This document shows positions 12,190-23,809 of a stretch of 64,000 nucleotides of DNA, piece by piece. The first letter of the stretch is position 1, and each line of letters opens with the position of its first letter. Made by a program: the position numbers and the translations under genes. Source of the DNA: Heptranchias perlo (lineage: Eukaryota); the NCBI RefSeq assembly GCF_035084215.1, contig NC_090352.1, positions 31,620,001-31,684,000 on the forward strand. The letters run 5' to 3'. Under the pieces are notes generated by a model. It made no database searches, was not told the origin of the DNA, and saw only the letters and a list, made by a program, of their open reading frames with translations.

Positions 12190-12875
12190 GCAGCAGTGTG
12201 CAGTTTTGGGCTCCATACTATAGGAAGGACTTTGATACAATAGAGAGAGTACAGTGCAGATTCACTAGGATACTGGCTGGTATGAGGAAGCACAAATAGG
12301 AAGAAAGACTTTGAAAAATTAGGGTTTTTTTCATTAGAACAGAAGAGATTAAGGGATGCTTTGAAAGAGATGTTTAAAATTATGACAGGATGGTACATAG
12401 TAGATAGAAACAGATTATTTCCAGTGATTGAGGGGTCCAGAACAAGGGGACATCGATTTAAGATTAAATGGAAGAGATTTAGGACAGGGAGTAGAAGAAA
12501 CATTTTTATATAGAGGGCGGTGCAGCTGTGAAGTAGAAACCATGTCAATGTTTAAGAATAGGTTAGATGGATGGTTGAAGTAAAGGGATACTGAAACAGA
12601 TCAGGCACAAGGGATTAATACTACTGCTCATTTAGAGGATAAACACCAACATGGACAGGTCGGGCTGAATGGCCTATTTAATAAATAAAAAATAAAGTGC
12701 TGGAGAAGCTCAGCAAGTGAGGCAGCATCTGTGGAGAAAGAAACAGAGTTAACATTTCAGGTCGAAGACCTTTTGTCAGACGTCCCCAGCATTTTGTTTT
12801 TATTTCAGATTTCCAGCATCTGCAGTATTTTGCTTTTGATTTTGAATGGCCTATTTCCTTGTTGTAATTCTATGC
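12190..12875 (+). mobile_element. Old CR1 3' fragment, interrupted by the insertion at 12680-12842
   Basis: GTGCAGTTTTGGGCTCCA, GAACAGAAGAGATTAAGGGA and AGGGGACATCGATTTAAG correspond to the CR1 C-terminal coding region. Confidence 0.75.
12680..12842. mobile_element. Short partly palindromic element with a decayed hammerhead motif, probably a PLE pLTR derivative
   Basis: 14-bp TSD TGAATGGCCTATTT at 12666-12679 and 12843-12856. The minus strand reads CTGACAA-A-AGGTC-TTC-GACCT-GAAA-TG-TT. Confidence 0.7.
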
Positions 12876-12966
12876 CTATACAGTGGTGATCAATTCCTGA
12901 TTTAAATAGGTATCGTGTCTGTTGCAAGTGTAAATGAGGTGTTAACTCAGCTCTCTTAGATGATTA

Positions 12967-15965
12967 TTGTAAACAATTTTACAACACCAAGTTATAGTCC
13001 AGCAATTTTATTTTAAATTCACAAGCTTTCGGAGGCTTCCTCCTTCGTCAGGTAAATGTTCAGGAGCTCCTTGAAGCCTACGCATTTATACATCACAGAA
13101 CAATACATGGTGTTTACAGACTGCCCCTGCAACTGCCCGTTGCCAAGGCAATCACCGTGTTCAGACAGAGAGGTGTCACCTGCAGAACCCCCGAATACAC
13201 ATTCAACAAAAAAACAAACAGGAAAAAAAAACAGAGAGAGGCAGAAACATCCGGAAGGCAGAGAAAGCCAGCAAATGACCCATTATATTAAAAACAGATA
13301 ACATTTGTTCGCTAGTGGGGTAACGTGTAGCGTGACATGAACCCAAGATCCCGGTTGAGGCCGTCCTCATGGGTGCGGAACTTGGCTATCAATTTCTGCT
13401 CGACGATTTTGCGTTGTCGTGTGTCTCGAAGGCCGCCTTGGAGTACGCTTACCCGAAGGTCGGTGGATGAATGTCCATGACTGCTGAAGTGTTCCCCGAC
13501 TGGGAGGGAACCCTCCTGTTTGGCGATTGTTGCGCAGTGTCCGTTCATCCGTTGTCGCAGCGTCTGCATGGTCTCGCCAATGTACCATGCTCTGGGGCAT
13601 CCTTTCCTGCAACGTATGAGGTAGACAACGTTGGCCGAGTCACAGGAGTATGAACCATGCACCTGGTGGGTGGTGTCCTCTCGTGTGATGGTGGTATCTG
13701 TGTCGATGATCTGGCATGTCTTGCAGAGGTTACCGTGGCAGGGTTGTGTGGTGTCGTGGACGCTGTTCTCTTGAAAGCTAGGTAATTTGCTGCGAACGAT
13801 GGTCTGTTTGAGGTTGGGTGGCTGTTTAAAGGCGAGTAGTGGAGGTGTGGGGATGGCCATAGCGAGGTGTTTGTCCTCATTGATGACATGTTGAAGGCTG
13901 CGGAGAACATGGCGTAGTTTCTCCGCTCCGGGGAAGTACTGGACGACAAAGGGTACTCTGTTGGTTGCGTCCCGTGTTGGTCTCCTGAGGAGGTCTATGC
14001 GATTTTTTGCTGTGGCCCGTCGGAACTGTCGATCGATGAGTCGAGCGTCATATCCCGTTCTTACTAGGGCGTCTTTCAGCGTCTGTAGGTGTCCATCGCG
14101 TTCCTCCTTGTCTGAGCAGACCCTGTGTATTCGCAGGGCCTGTCCATAGGGGATGGCCTCTTTGACCTGGTTAGGGTGGAAGCTGGAAAAGTGGAGCATC
14201 GTGAGGTTGTCCGTGGGCTTGCGGTAGAGTGAGGTGCTGAGGTGCCCGTCTTTGATGGAGATTCGTGTGTCCAAGAAAGAAACTGATTCTGAGGAGTAGT
14301 CCATGGTGAGCTTGATGGTGGGATGGAACTTGTTGATGCTATCGTGTAGTCTCTTTAGTGATTCCTTGCCGTGGGTCCATAGAAAGAAAATGTCGTCGAT
14401 GTATCTGGTGTATAGTGTTGGTTGGAGGTCTTGTGCAGTGAAGAAGTCCTGCTCGAACTTGTGCATGAAAATGTTGGCGTATTGGGGTGCGAATTTGGTC
14501 CCCATGGCTGTTCCGTGTGTTTGGGTAAAGAACTGGTTATCGAAGGTGAAGACATTGTGATCCAGGATGAAGCGGATGAGTTGTAGGATGGCTTCCGGAG
14601 ATTGGCTGTTGTTGGTGTTGAGTATTGATGCTGTCGCAGCGATGCCGTCATCGTGGGGGATACTGGTGTATAGTGCCGAGACGTCCATCGTGGTGAGAAG
14701 TGTTCCTGGTTCAACTGGTCCGTGGGTACTGAGTTTTTGTAGGAAGTCTGTAGTGTCGCGACAGAAGCTGGGGGTTCCCTGTACGATGGGTTTCAGGATG
14801 CCCTCGATGTATCCAGAGAGGTTCTCACACAGGGTTCCGTTGCCTGATACGATGGGACGTCCGGGTGTGTTGGCTTTGTGTATCTTTGGGAGGCAGTAGA
14901 AGTCTCCCACGCGGGGATCACGTGGGATGAGAGTGCATAGGATGCTTTGAAGGTCTGGATCGAAGGTCTTGATCAGTTTGTTGAGCTGGTGGGTGTGTTC
15001 TTTGGTCGGATCTGCGGGTAACCGTCTGTAGTGTTCCTGGTTGTCCAGTTGTCGGTATGCTTCTTTGCAATAGTCTGTTCTGTTCTGTATGACTATGGCT
15101 CCTCCTTTGTCCGCTGGTTTGATGACGATGTTGCGGTTGGTCTTGAGAGCGTTGATGGCGTTGCGTTGTGCTCGGGTGATATTCTGGACTGTCTTCTGAG
15201 TGCGGCTGATGAATCTGGCATTGACGCATTTCCTGACAGCTTGAGCATACATGTCCAGCTGAGGGCAGCGACCCTCCGGAGGAGTCCAGTTTGACTCTTT
15301 CCTCTTCGGTTGCTGTACCGCGGATCCCTCTGTCTGCTGTTCCGGATCGTCGATTGTCTCATTGGGTTCGCTGCTGAAATCTTGGGGTTTGTGGTAGAAT
15401 TCCCGGAGCCTCATTCTCCTGATGAATTCCTCTGTGTCCGCCGCGAGACTAGTGGGATCCATTTTGGTAGTGGGGCAGAAATTGAGCCCTCGGCTGAGAA
15501 CTTCGATTTCGTCTGCTTGAAGAGTGTGGTCGGATAAATTGACAATAGACTTCCCTGTGGTTGCAACCGTGGTACCAGGGGAAGCTTGGTCGTTGCTGGT
15601 GGTGATGCCGAGTTTCTCAAGCTTCCTGCTCTTGGTTTTCATGTAGGCAGCGTAGTTCCGTTGCCTCGTCTGTTTGGCGGTATAACGTAGCTGGTCTGCT
15701 ATGTCCTGAGTACAGGTTGAGAGTATGGACTCTATCTTGGTTTCGAGGTTGTGGCGTCTGCTGTAGAGTTGGTGTATGAGATGGTTGCGGAGTGTGCGAG
15801 AGGTACGGCGGCAGAGTCTCTCAGCGTAATCCGAGTTGTATGTGGACCTGAGTGGGTTCGTGATCTGGAGTCCTTTCGGGATCTTGTCTGCTTTCTTGCA
15901 GCTCTGTAAAAACTTGATGTCTGTGTCTAAATGCGCGATCTTCTTGGATATCCTTTCCACTGTGT
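12967..15965 (-). mobile_element. Penelope-like retroelement (Neptune-type), near full length, with 3' pLTR
   Basis: Single RT + GIY-YIG ORF followed by a ~340-bp 3' region with a hammerhead motif. A weak candidate TSD, TGATTA, lies at 12961-12966 and 15966-15971. Confidence 0.9.
13017..13057 (-). ncRNA. Minimal type I hammerhead ribozyme motif in the Penelope pLTR
   Basis: Minus strand reads AUUUAC-CUGACGA-A-GGAGG-AAG-CCUCC-GAAA-GC-UU-GUGAAU. Stem I has 6 bp (one G-U), stem II has 5 bp, the core is intact, and the palindrome AAGCUU replaces stem III. Confidence 0.75.
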
Positions 15966-15996
15966 TGATTAGGCTATCAACTGTTGATAGTGCCAT
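13312..15996 (-). CDS. Penelope-like RT + GIY-YIG endonuclease polyprotein, uninterrupted (894 aa from the first ATG)
   Basis: RT motifs IKPADKGG, YCLPKIHK, TMDVSALYTSIP, GTAMGTKFAPQYANIFM and RYIDDIF. A CxxxxCxxC linker (CHGNLCKTC) is typical of the Neptune clade. GIY-YIG segment NVVYLIRC...WYIGET...LRQRMNGH. The ORF-track start at 16014 is TTG; the first ATG is at 15996. Confidence 0.93.
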   Translation of the reverse strand: MALSTVDSLINTVERISKKIAHLDTDIKFLQSCKKADKIPKGLQITNPLRSTYNSDYAERLCRRTSRTLRNHLIHQLYSRRHNLETKIESILSTCTQDIADQLRYTAKQTRQRNYAAYMKTKSRKLEKLGITTSNDQASPGTTVATTGKSIVNLSDHTLQADEIEVLSRGLNFCPTTKMDPTSLAADTEEFIRRMRLREFYHKPQDFSSEPNETIDDPEQQTEGSAVQQPKRKESNWTPPEGRCPQLDMYAQAVRKCVNARFISRTQKTVQNITRAQRNAINALKTNRNIVIKPADKGGAIVIQNRTDYCKEAYRQLDNQEHYRRLPADPTKEHTHQLNKLIKTFDPDLQSILCTLIPRDPRVGDFYCLPKIHKANTPGRPIVSGNGTLCENLSGYIEGILKPIVQGTPSFCRDTTDFLQKLSTHGPVEPGTLLTTMDVSALYTSIPHDDGIAATASILNTNNSQSPEAILQLIRFILDHNVFTFDNQFFTQTHGTAMGTKFAPQYANIFMHKFEQDFFTAQDLQPTLYTRYIDDIFFLWTHGKESLKRLHDSINKFHPTIKLTMDYSSESVSFLDTRISIKDGHLSTSLYRKPTDNLTMLHFSSFHPNQVKEAIPYGQALRIHRVCSDKEERDGHLQTLKDALVRTGYDARLIDRQFRRATAKNRIDLLRRPTRDATNRVPFVVQYFPGAEKLRHVLRSLQHVINEDKHLAMAIPTPPLLAFKQPPNLKQTIVRSKLPSFQENSVHDTTQPCHGNLCKTCQIIDTDTTITREDTTHQVHGSYSCDSANVVYLIRCRKGCPRAWYIGETMQTLRQRMNGHCATIAKQEGSLPVGEHFSSHGHSSTDLRVSVLQGGLRDTRQRKIVEQKLIAKFRTHEDGLNRDLGFMSRYTLPH

Positions 15997-16834
15997 TAAC
16001 CTTGGGTGATTCAATTATGTAATTTTGTCACTTCAACTGTGTTAATTCAGTTGTTAACAATGTCAAGCTCAGTAATAGGGATCAATTTCTTGCTATATCA
16101 TAACAAGGGGAAAGGAGCCCAAAGGTGGCATTTTAGAGGAAGTAGTTTTGCAATATGTTTCCCGTGCTCTGGAACCACTGCACCTTCCCAGCAAACAACT
16201 GCAACTTTGTAATCTGATGAGTCACAATTTGAATTTCTGACCGCGGATCTCTCCTGTTAGTTGGGAAAGATATTTTGATGCCAGCAAAGGGAAAAGCTGA
16301 TTCTGCAGCCAGAAGAAATGGTGCCCAGTGCTGATGGTCGGAGCATTAATGTTTGCAGCAGCATTGCTGTTGTCTTTCAAAGTCATTCTCTGCTCCTTCA
16401 GGGCAGCAGTGCAGCCTCGTATACAGTGGCACTGCCAGACTCGAGAGTTGCCATCGGTGGCAGTGCTGAGTTGCACAGGTCCATACAGGACAGCCTTGGA
16501 GTAAACCACGTCATCATCATCCTCTTAATCTGTGTAAATTAATTTGCATGCTGCGCATGGATTACGAGACAGAGTCTTTGTGCATCTGGCACGGATAGGG
16601 CTTTGAACAGATCTAGTAACTGTACTTAATGGACAATAACTGCTTATATTTATATAGTGCTCCTCATATACAAAGAGAAGCATCAAAGCACTTTGCAGGA
16701 TGGAGAATACAAACAGGACACCGAGCAGAAGGGAAAAGGAGGATAATCGAAAGGCTGTGTGGGTCGGTAGGGGTTGGGCTGAAGGCACAATTAAACTGAA
16801 GGGTTTTTAGGGAGGCTTTTGAATGTAGGGAGGA

Positions 16835-17282
16835 ACTTACCAACCAGTGGAAATAGTTTTCCCCTCTTTACCTATTCAAAACCCCTCATCATTTTGACCA
16901 TCACTATCACATCTCCTCTTAACCACCTCTGTTCCAGTAAAAACAGCTGCAATTTCTCCAATCTCTCCCCATAACTAAAGCTTTTCATTCCTGGCATCGT
17001 CCTAATAAATCTGTATCCTGTCAATGGCCTTGACATGCTTCCTAAAGTAACGTGTCCAAAACTGGATCCAGTATACTAACTGCAGCCTAACAAATGATTT
17101 GTGTAATTTAACATTACCTCTGCTTTTGCATTCTGTGCCCTATTTATAAAACCAAGCATGGTTATGTCTTTTTCTATAGCTTTATCAACATCCCCCCACT
17201 TTTTAAAGATCTGTGTATCTGAACCCGTAGGTCTCACTGCTGTTCTACTCCTTTTAAAGATTTACCATTCAGTGCATATTTC
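16835..17282 (-). mobile_element. Old CR1 fragment
   Basis: Degenerate reverse complement of the CR1 ORF2 3' region (AAAACCCCTCATCATTTTGA, CCTCTGTTCCA). Confidence 0.65.
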
Positions 17283-18271
17283 AAGGGATCAAACCTGGAA
17301 CCATTTGGTATGCATAGCTTAGTACCACACCATAATGTATTTAACCACTGAATCATTGGGTGTGAATTGTGAAACTTAAAAAAATAGTCTAATGCTTTTC
17401 ACAGCACAGAGCCCCCTACTACAGTAACTGTGAATGTGGCCTTGGAATTACATTGTATTCCATCATTGTAAGTATTTTTCAACTAAAATCCTGGTTATAT
17501 ATTGAACAGAATAATATTCCCTACATCCTTTGAAATTAGACTTTATCAATATGCATGGCTGGGGGCATTTATTGTGTGTTGTAAGTGCAAGGACAATCTC
17601 CTTCTCCCAGGCTGTTGTACTATTTAAGCTTTGTCCATATCACCCATTGATCCACTTGGAGATCGTCTATCTCTTGTCCCCCTCCCCTAATTGATCAATG
17701 CAATCTCATTAGCCTTACACTGTGAAACCTCCCACACTCATCAATAGGGCTCTAATATCAGAAGCTATATCTCGGCCACTTAGTAGAATCACACTGGACT
17801 ATCCGTCATATACTGACTGTGTTTACCACACTGCATTAAGGCATTTTTACACTGGAGAAGTGTGGCTTACAGAAGACATGGGGATCTCTTTCTGTCAGCT
17901 GCACACCCTAAATATCAAGTTACCCAACTCATAGAGAACAGATGGTATCATAGACTTCACCAAAATATTGGTCCAAAAATCCACCAATGAATCATGTGCT
18001 TCTTGTTGTGCAAAGAATAGCTTCTTGCATTTTTATAGCATCTTTAACATAAATAAACCCAGTGCCAAGGCACTTCACAAGTAGAGGTAAATATACGAAA
18101 CAGAAACAAAAGAAGAAGATATTAGGGGTGAGTGAAAGTTTGGTCAAAAAGATGGGTTTTGTGAAAGTTAAAGGACGAACATGCATTTACAGAACTACCT
18201 TGTCCCAAGTGTTTCACATACAATTAAATACACTGGAGTGTGGTCACAGTTCTTTTGCACACCTGCTAAAT

Positions 18272-18760
18272 GCAACAATAACTTGCATTTATATGGAGCC
18301 TTTAATGTAGTAAAATGTCCCAAGGCGCTTCACAGGAATGATAATCAAACAAAATTTGACACTGAGTCACATAAGTTGATATTAGGACAGGTGACCAAAA
18401 ACTTGGTCAAAGAGGTAGGCTTTAAGGAGTGACTTAGGGAGGGAATTCCAGAGCTTAAGGCTTAGGCAGCTGAAGGCATAGCCGCCAATGGTGGAGCAAA
18501 GAAAATCGGGGATGCACAAGAGGCCAGAATTGGAGGAGCGCAGAGATCTCAGAGAGTTGTAGAGCTGGAGGAGGTTAGAGATAGGGAGGGGCGAGTCTAG
18601 TGAGGGATTTGAAAACAAGGATGAGAATTTTAAAATCTAGGCATTGCCGGACCGGTAGCTGAAAGAGGTCAACAAGCGCAGGGGTGATGGATGAATGGCA
18701 CTTGGGACGAGTTAGGATACGGGCGGCAGAGTATTGGATGAGCTCAAGTTTACGGAGGGT
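18272..18760 (-). mobile_element. L2 LINE 3' fragment
   Basis: Reverse complement of the L2 tail (ACTTGCATTTATAT...CTTTAATGTAG). It matches the + strand L2 at about 35250-35750. Confidence 0.75.
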
Positions 18761-19261
18761 GCCATACCTGCACTGCTCTGCAATTGGGTTTCTGTATCAC
18801 ATAGCAGAACATAATAACAATTTCAGGAAGGAGAAGACCTTTGGTCTATCTAGCCAAAGTATTCTCGGTACATTTCTAATAACCCTGATTCCCATTTGTT
18901 GACAAGAACCTGCCTAGTTCCTTCTTGAAACCCATTAACGCTTTTTGTTCCACCACCCATGCCAGAAAACACAGCTGGGCTACAGACAGTGGGCACCCAA
19001 TGGTATCTCGGGGCGAAAGAAATGCATAGAAGTAATGGAACTGAAAAGTAAGTATAAGAACGCATTTAGATGGGTTACTGAATGGCATGTTGGTATTGCA
19101 TACCGTTTGGGAACTCCAAGCAGGGATGGGTCAAAAGCACAAAAATTGGATACGAAATTTGGTAATGTTCTGTTGCATTTATGACCACTTTTATATTGGG
19201 ACTCAGGTATCCATAACAAGCCTCTGGAGTGGGGTCTGAACCCAGAATCTTCTGAGAGTGT

Positions 19262-19950
19262 GACCACTGCAGCCACAGTGCACTGGTGGTAGAGGGAGTA
19301 GATGCTGAATCCAGTGGCAGGGTGCCAATCAAACATATTGCTCTCAAGATATTAAGCTTGGTGAGTGGTAAGTATTCCATGAAACTCCTGACTTAAATCT
19401 TGTAGTCAATGGAGAGGCTTTGAGCAGTCAAGAGGTAAGTCTCTTGTCACAGAACATCCAGCCTCTGCCCTGTTTCTTGTAGTTACATTGTTGATAAAAG
19501 CTGGTCCAGATAAGCTTCTGTTGATGGTGAGGAACTCAGCGATGGTGATACTGGTTAGGGTCGGGAGTTGATCGGACCTTTTTTGGTTGGAGAGGGTCAT
19601 TGTCCAGCACTTGTGTGATACAAATGTTACTTGCCATTTGTCAGTCTAGGCCTATATGTTGTCCAGGTACTGCTGTAGGCTGGCATAGGCTGCTTCATTT
19701 TTAGAGGAGTTATGAATAGAGTTGAACACTTCATTCATCAGCGAACAGCCACATCCCTGATCTTATGATGGAGGGAAGATCATTGACGAAGCAGCTGAAA
19801 ATAGTTGGGTCGAGGACACTGTCCTGATGAACTCCTGCAACAATTTCCTGGGGCTGTGATCATTGGCCTTCAACTATCATGACCATCATTCTTGTGTCAG
19901 GTATGACTTCAGCCACTGGAGGGTTTTTCCCTTGATCTCCCATTGATCTC
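19262..19950 (-). mobile_element. Old fragment of the same LINE family as 25822-29399
   Basis: Reverse complement is similar to 28300-29030 (CAGGAGTTC..CAGGACAGTGTCCT, CAGCTGCTTC, GACAAATGGCAAGTAACATT). Confidence 0.75.
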
Positions 19951-20354
19951 TGTTTTGCTGAATTAACCACTCCTATTTCAGGTACAACAAGGGCCAGGTG
20001 CGGGTGAAAGCTCCCTCCACTCTGCCCAATAATGTATCCAAGCTTCAGAAAACGGATTCCTTCCCATGCCTTTATGCTGTTTTATAATGACAGAAGCGTC
20101 CTACCACATGTTGTGCAGTGTAATATTCTGCAGCTAAGGCAGTTCTGTGGTTTATCTGAGTTTGCGAAGTCTAAGATCTGAGGTAAATCCTGAGGTCAGT
20201 TAGAGATTACTTGTTAGTGAGGGAAGTTTTCAGATTGGAAGATGCTTGAGCATAACAACTGCAATTCTTTCTCTTTATTCAAAAAATACTTTGGACACTT
20301 TGAAGTGTGACTTCAGAAGTGTGACAGGTGCCTGGAAGACTATAGAGACACACA

Positions 20355-20482
20355 GGGTAATTATAACGTTTGGCGATAGTGTAATAACTTCAATGGAAAG
20401 GAAAATCGGGTGGAGTGTATAAAGGGTAGGCCAATCCGATATCGCTCATATCACACTATCGCCAAAAGTTAAAATTATTCCC
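20355..20482. mobile_element. MITE, PIF/Harbinger-type termini
   Basis: TIRs GGGTAATTATAACGTTTGGCGATAGTGT and ACACTATCGCCAAAAGTTAAAATTATTCCC; 3-bp flanking duplication ACA/ACA. Confidence 0.75.
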
Positions 20483-20512
20483 ACAGATGGATCCAGTCAA
20501 TTACACGAACAG

Positions 20513-20527
20513 CCAGGAGGTGGCGCT
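20513..20527 (+). promoter_or_regulatory. Candidate CTCF site
   Basis: CCAGGAGGTGGCGCT closely resembles the CTCF core CCASYAGRKGGCRS. Motif match only. Confidence 0.4.
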
Positions 20528-22342
20528 ATGAGTTCAAGTTTCAAACTTACAGAACACAAGTGTGGGGAGTTTTCAGTTAAATTGATACTGTCTGTTCAGA
20601 GAAATTTAACATGACAGCAACATACAAAAAAAAGGAGAATTGAGTAAATCCAGACAGTGATATTAACATACCCTATTTACACGAAAGAGCAGTTTCCAAA
20701 CACAAATGATACATCAGAAGTGCATCTATTGTCCATATGAGGTGACTTGGCCCGTAGTTTTCAGATGGAAAGAATCACTTCCCACTGGGGCTGCTCTTTT
20801 TGTAGAATCATAGAAATTTCAGCAGAAAAGAAGGGCACCAACCCACCCTGCCAGGGCCAGGTTTTGCTCACGTACAGTTGCTTCGAAGTGGACACCAGTG
20901 CAATTTAAATGTGGCAAATTCAGAATATGAGCAGATTCATCATATTATGGAACTTCTTTCACTGGAATGGGATTTATAGGGTATTAAAGATTTGCTATAT
21001 CTTTATACCTAGTGATAGAGAAGCTGAATAGACGAGTGTCATTTTTCATAATGGCAATATACTGAAGTGATTCAATGACAATGCTGGAGTAATGTGTTTA
21101 AATGCAGATTTCATCATCACTTCTGAGTGATTTGCAAACAACCAAAAAAAGGCTTGCCCAACACTTATAAAAGACTCAGTGCACCTATAATACGCACTGC
21201 AGTGTGGAACATTCCAGGCGGCCATCAGATTTTCCCAGGGGAGGAGAAAAAATAGTTGTGGGGAACTGATGGAACTATCCAGACAGGGCTGAGATGCTCC
21301 CCGTGTTCTAACAGCTTCCCGACACTTATTGTGTGGGCTCACATAATGAAGTATGAACACGTTTCTGAGTCAACACAACCAGATCCATTTGCACAGAGCT
21401 CAGTTTCAGATTAGATTCCCAACAGGATACAACACTAGTGTGTTAAAAACTCAAAACTTACAAATATCTACTTTAATAATAATACAAAGATTGAGTGAAA
21501 TAATAATCAGACTATGATCAATAGTTCCGTCACAATTCAATCCTAAGAAAGTCTAAATATTTTTCTTATCTATTTGTGGGATATGGCTGGTCGTTTTAAA
21601 TTTGGTTGCTGTTAACTTGTTACAAACATGTTCAGGGGAAATTTTAACTCACCCAGGTCGACAGGAAAGGAATGATGAGCAGTTAAAATGGAGCGGCTCC
21701 ATTTCTGATGATTCCCCACTTTAACGCTGCTGGTTCTGGTGGTGGATGAGGCTCGCTCTGGACTCCAAATGGAATGCAAATCGGGTTCCCCTAATGTACT
21801 TGGGACCCTGGTGGCATTTTTAACCCGCCCCGCCCCGTGAGGTAAAGCTGTCAGGAAGCCTGCGAGTCCCTCCGAGGTACCATGAGTTAATAAAAACTTA
21901 CCAGGAGGTGTGCTCCTTCAGGCCTCACAAGGCACGTCCAAGCCACTACTGCCCTGGGCTGCACCCCACACCCCAACTTGGTGCTGGCGAGCAGCCTCCT
22001 GATCTTAATTTCCAACCCCCCCACCCCTCCCAGTTTCTCCAGTCTTACCTCACAATGCAGATCTACAAGTTCAGCTAAGTCAGCACAGACCAGGGGTTGA
22101 AACTGAGTCCTTCTTGGGCTGCATGGCTGCGTACCACCACTGAGACAACAGGAGAGAGCTATATCTTTCTTAGTGCTTAAGAAGCTGAGAATTCAGAACT
22201 GATTCTTCCAAAACATCCTCTGGCATTTTAATTATTACACCTGAATGCCCAGTGATACTACCATTATGACACTGCCTTCAATGACATTACTCCAGACTCA
22301 CACCCACGAGCTGCATTAAAATGATCGAGTGGCAAATTGTTC

Positions 22343-22381
22343 TGGCCCCTTAGGGGTTCGAAGTGAACCCCTAAGGGGCCA
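22343..22381. repeat. Perfect 17-bp-stem hairpin
   Basis: TGGCCCCTTAGGGGTTC-gaagt-GAACCCCTAAGGGGCCA. Confidence 0.9.
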
Positions 22382-23809
22382 AAGTGAAGAAGGAGCAGTT
22401 GTAAGTTATAAATTGATGGCTGAATATATCTGAACAAGATCACACCAATGGAGCGGTACATCCCCATTCCCTCGGCAATATTTCTGTCTTTTGACACATG
22501 CAGCTGCAGTGGGCGAGGCTCAAAGTGAATGGAGCCCCTCCAGCTCTCATTAACTCACCACTCAGGGCTATGGGGAAAGAGCAGGGGAATGGGACTAAAT
22601 GGATAGCTCTTTCAAAGAGCCAGCACGATGGGCCGAATGGTCTCCTCCTGTGCTGTACCTTCTATGATACTATGAAAAAGATGGCTAGTGTGAATAATGG
22701 TAAAACTCACAATGTTGCAGTCAGGGTGATCTTCTGGAACTGGTGTTAAGACACTGGATTGGCGCAAAGTGGAGGGAGCTTTGCACTGTGCCTTGTCCAT
22801 ACTATACTTGATGTGGGAGTGTTTTTAATGCTGATACTGGAGCACCACAGTGTAAAAGTGCCCAGGGGTTACATTCTTGTCCTTGATGAGTCATTCCATG
22901 CATGACGAGGAATGTTCCAGCTCAGATCATTGGAACTCTACAGAATGGCAGCACACAGGTTTGAACCTGTGACACCCCTACTGTGAATTCCTAATTTCAC
23001 CCCGTGATAAGTGGAAGATGTCAAGTAGCGTGCAGGTCAGGCACTGGCACACAAACCCCAAACAAATAACGGTTAAAGTAAGAAAGAGTAATTCAAAGAA
23101 AGTGTAATGGTTATTTGGAGTTTCTAACTACTTTAGACCAGAGCCTTATTTGCGCAGAGATGGAGAGTGAAATGAAACCAATGGTTTATGATACATTTAA
23201 AGTCAGCGTAGCATTGAAGTTCTCCAAGCCGATTGGACGCAGTAGGAGAAACACAAGGATGGGAACCAGTCAGAGGAGGTGCATAAGGAGCATGTAGGGG
23301 AGCTCCAACAATACAAGTGCCATCTCCGAACCATAGAAACCAGAGAAAATCAGGTTCAACCTCTCATCTGAGTCTGCTGATCTCAACTGAGACAGTGATA
23401 GGAGTGTTACAACTAGCCACAGCACCCCTGTTTAGGGAAGGGAAAATTGGACAGGAGTCCTGCTCGTGATCAGCATCCAGCAATTCCTGCTGGAAGTTTA
23501 CTTACGCTGAAATTGGCTAAGAACAGAATAGGGCTGAGCTGAAATAACCTCCACAGTCAAATAGCCTGCCAGCACTCACTAAATGATAAACACTTGAGCA
23601 CATACTCCAATAAGGGAGTTAATGCCTTCGGCAGAAAGGGAGAGGCTGCAAGAAAAGCAGGAATAACAGTGGAGTAATACAGGAAATAACATCAGTAAAT
23701 AGGTTTCAAGTATTGGATAACACTAAAAGTATCACTTCACAGTACACCAAGAAAGTAAGATCAGAGAACATAAATGGAAATAAGTGAAAGTAAATCGAGA
23801 ATAGACAGA

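Noticed and set aside
13367-15620. Numerous overlapping ORFs within the Penelope element
   Set aside because: They are alternative-frame or antisense shadows of a GC-rich coding sequence.
16222-16542. Overlapping 95-aa and 74-aa ORFs upstream of the Penelope element
   Set aside because: No recognisable domain or convincing splice signals; I cannot support them as coding.
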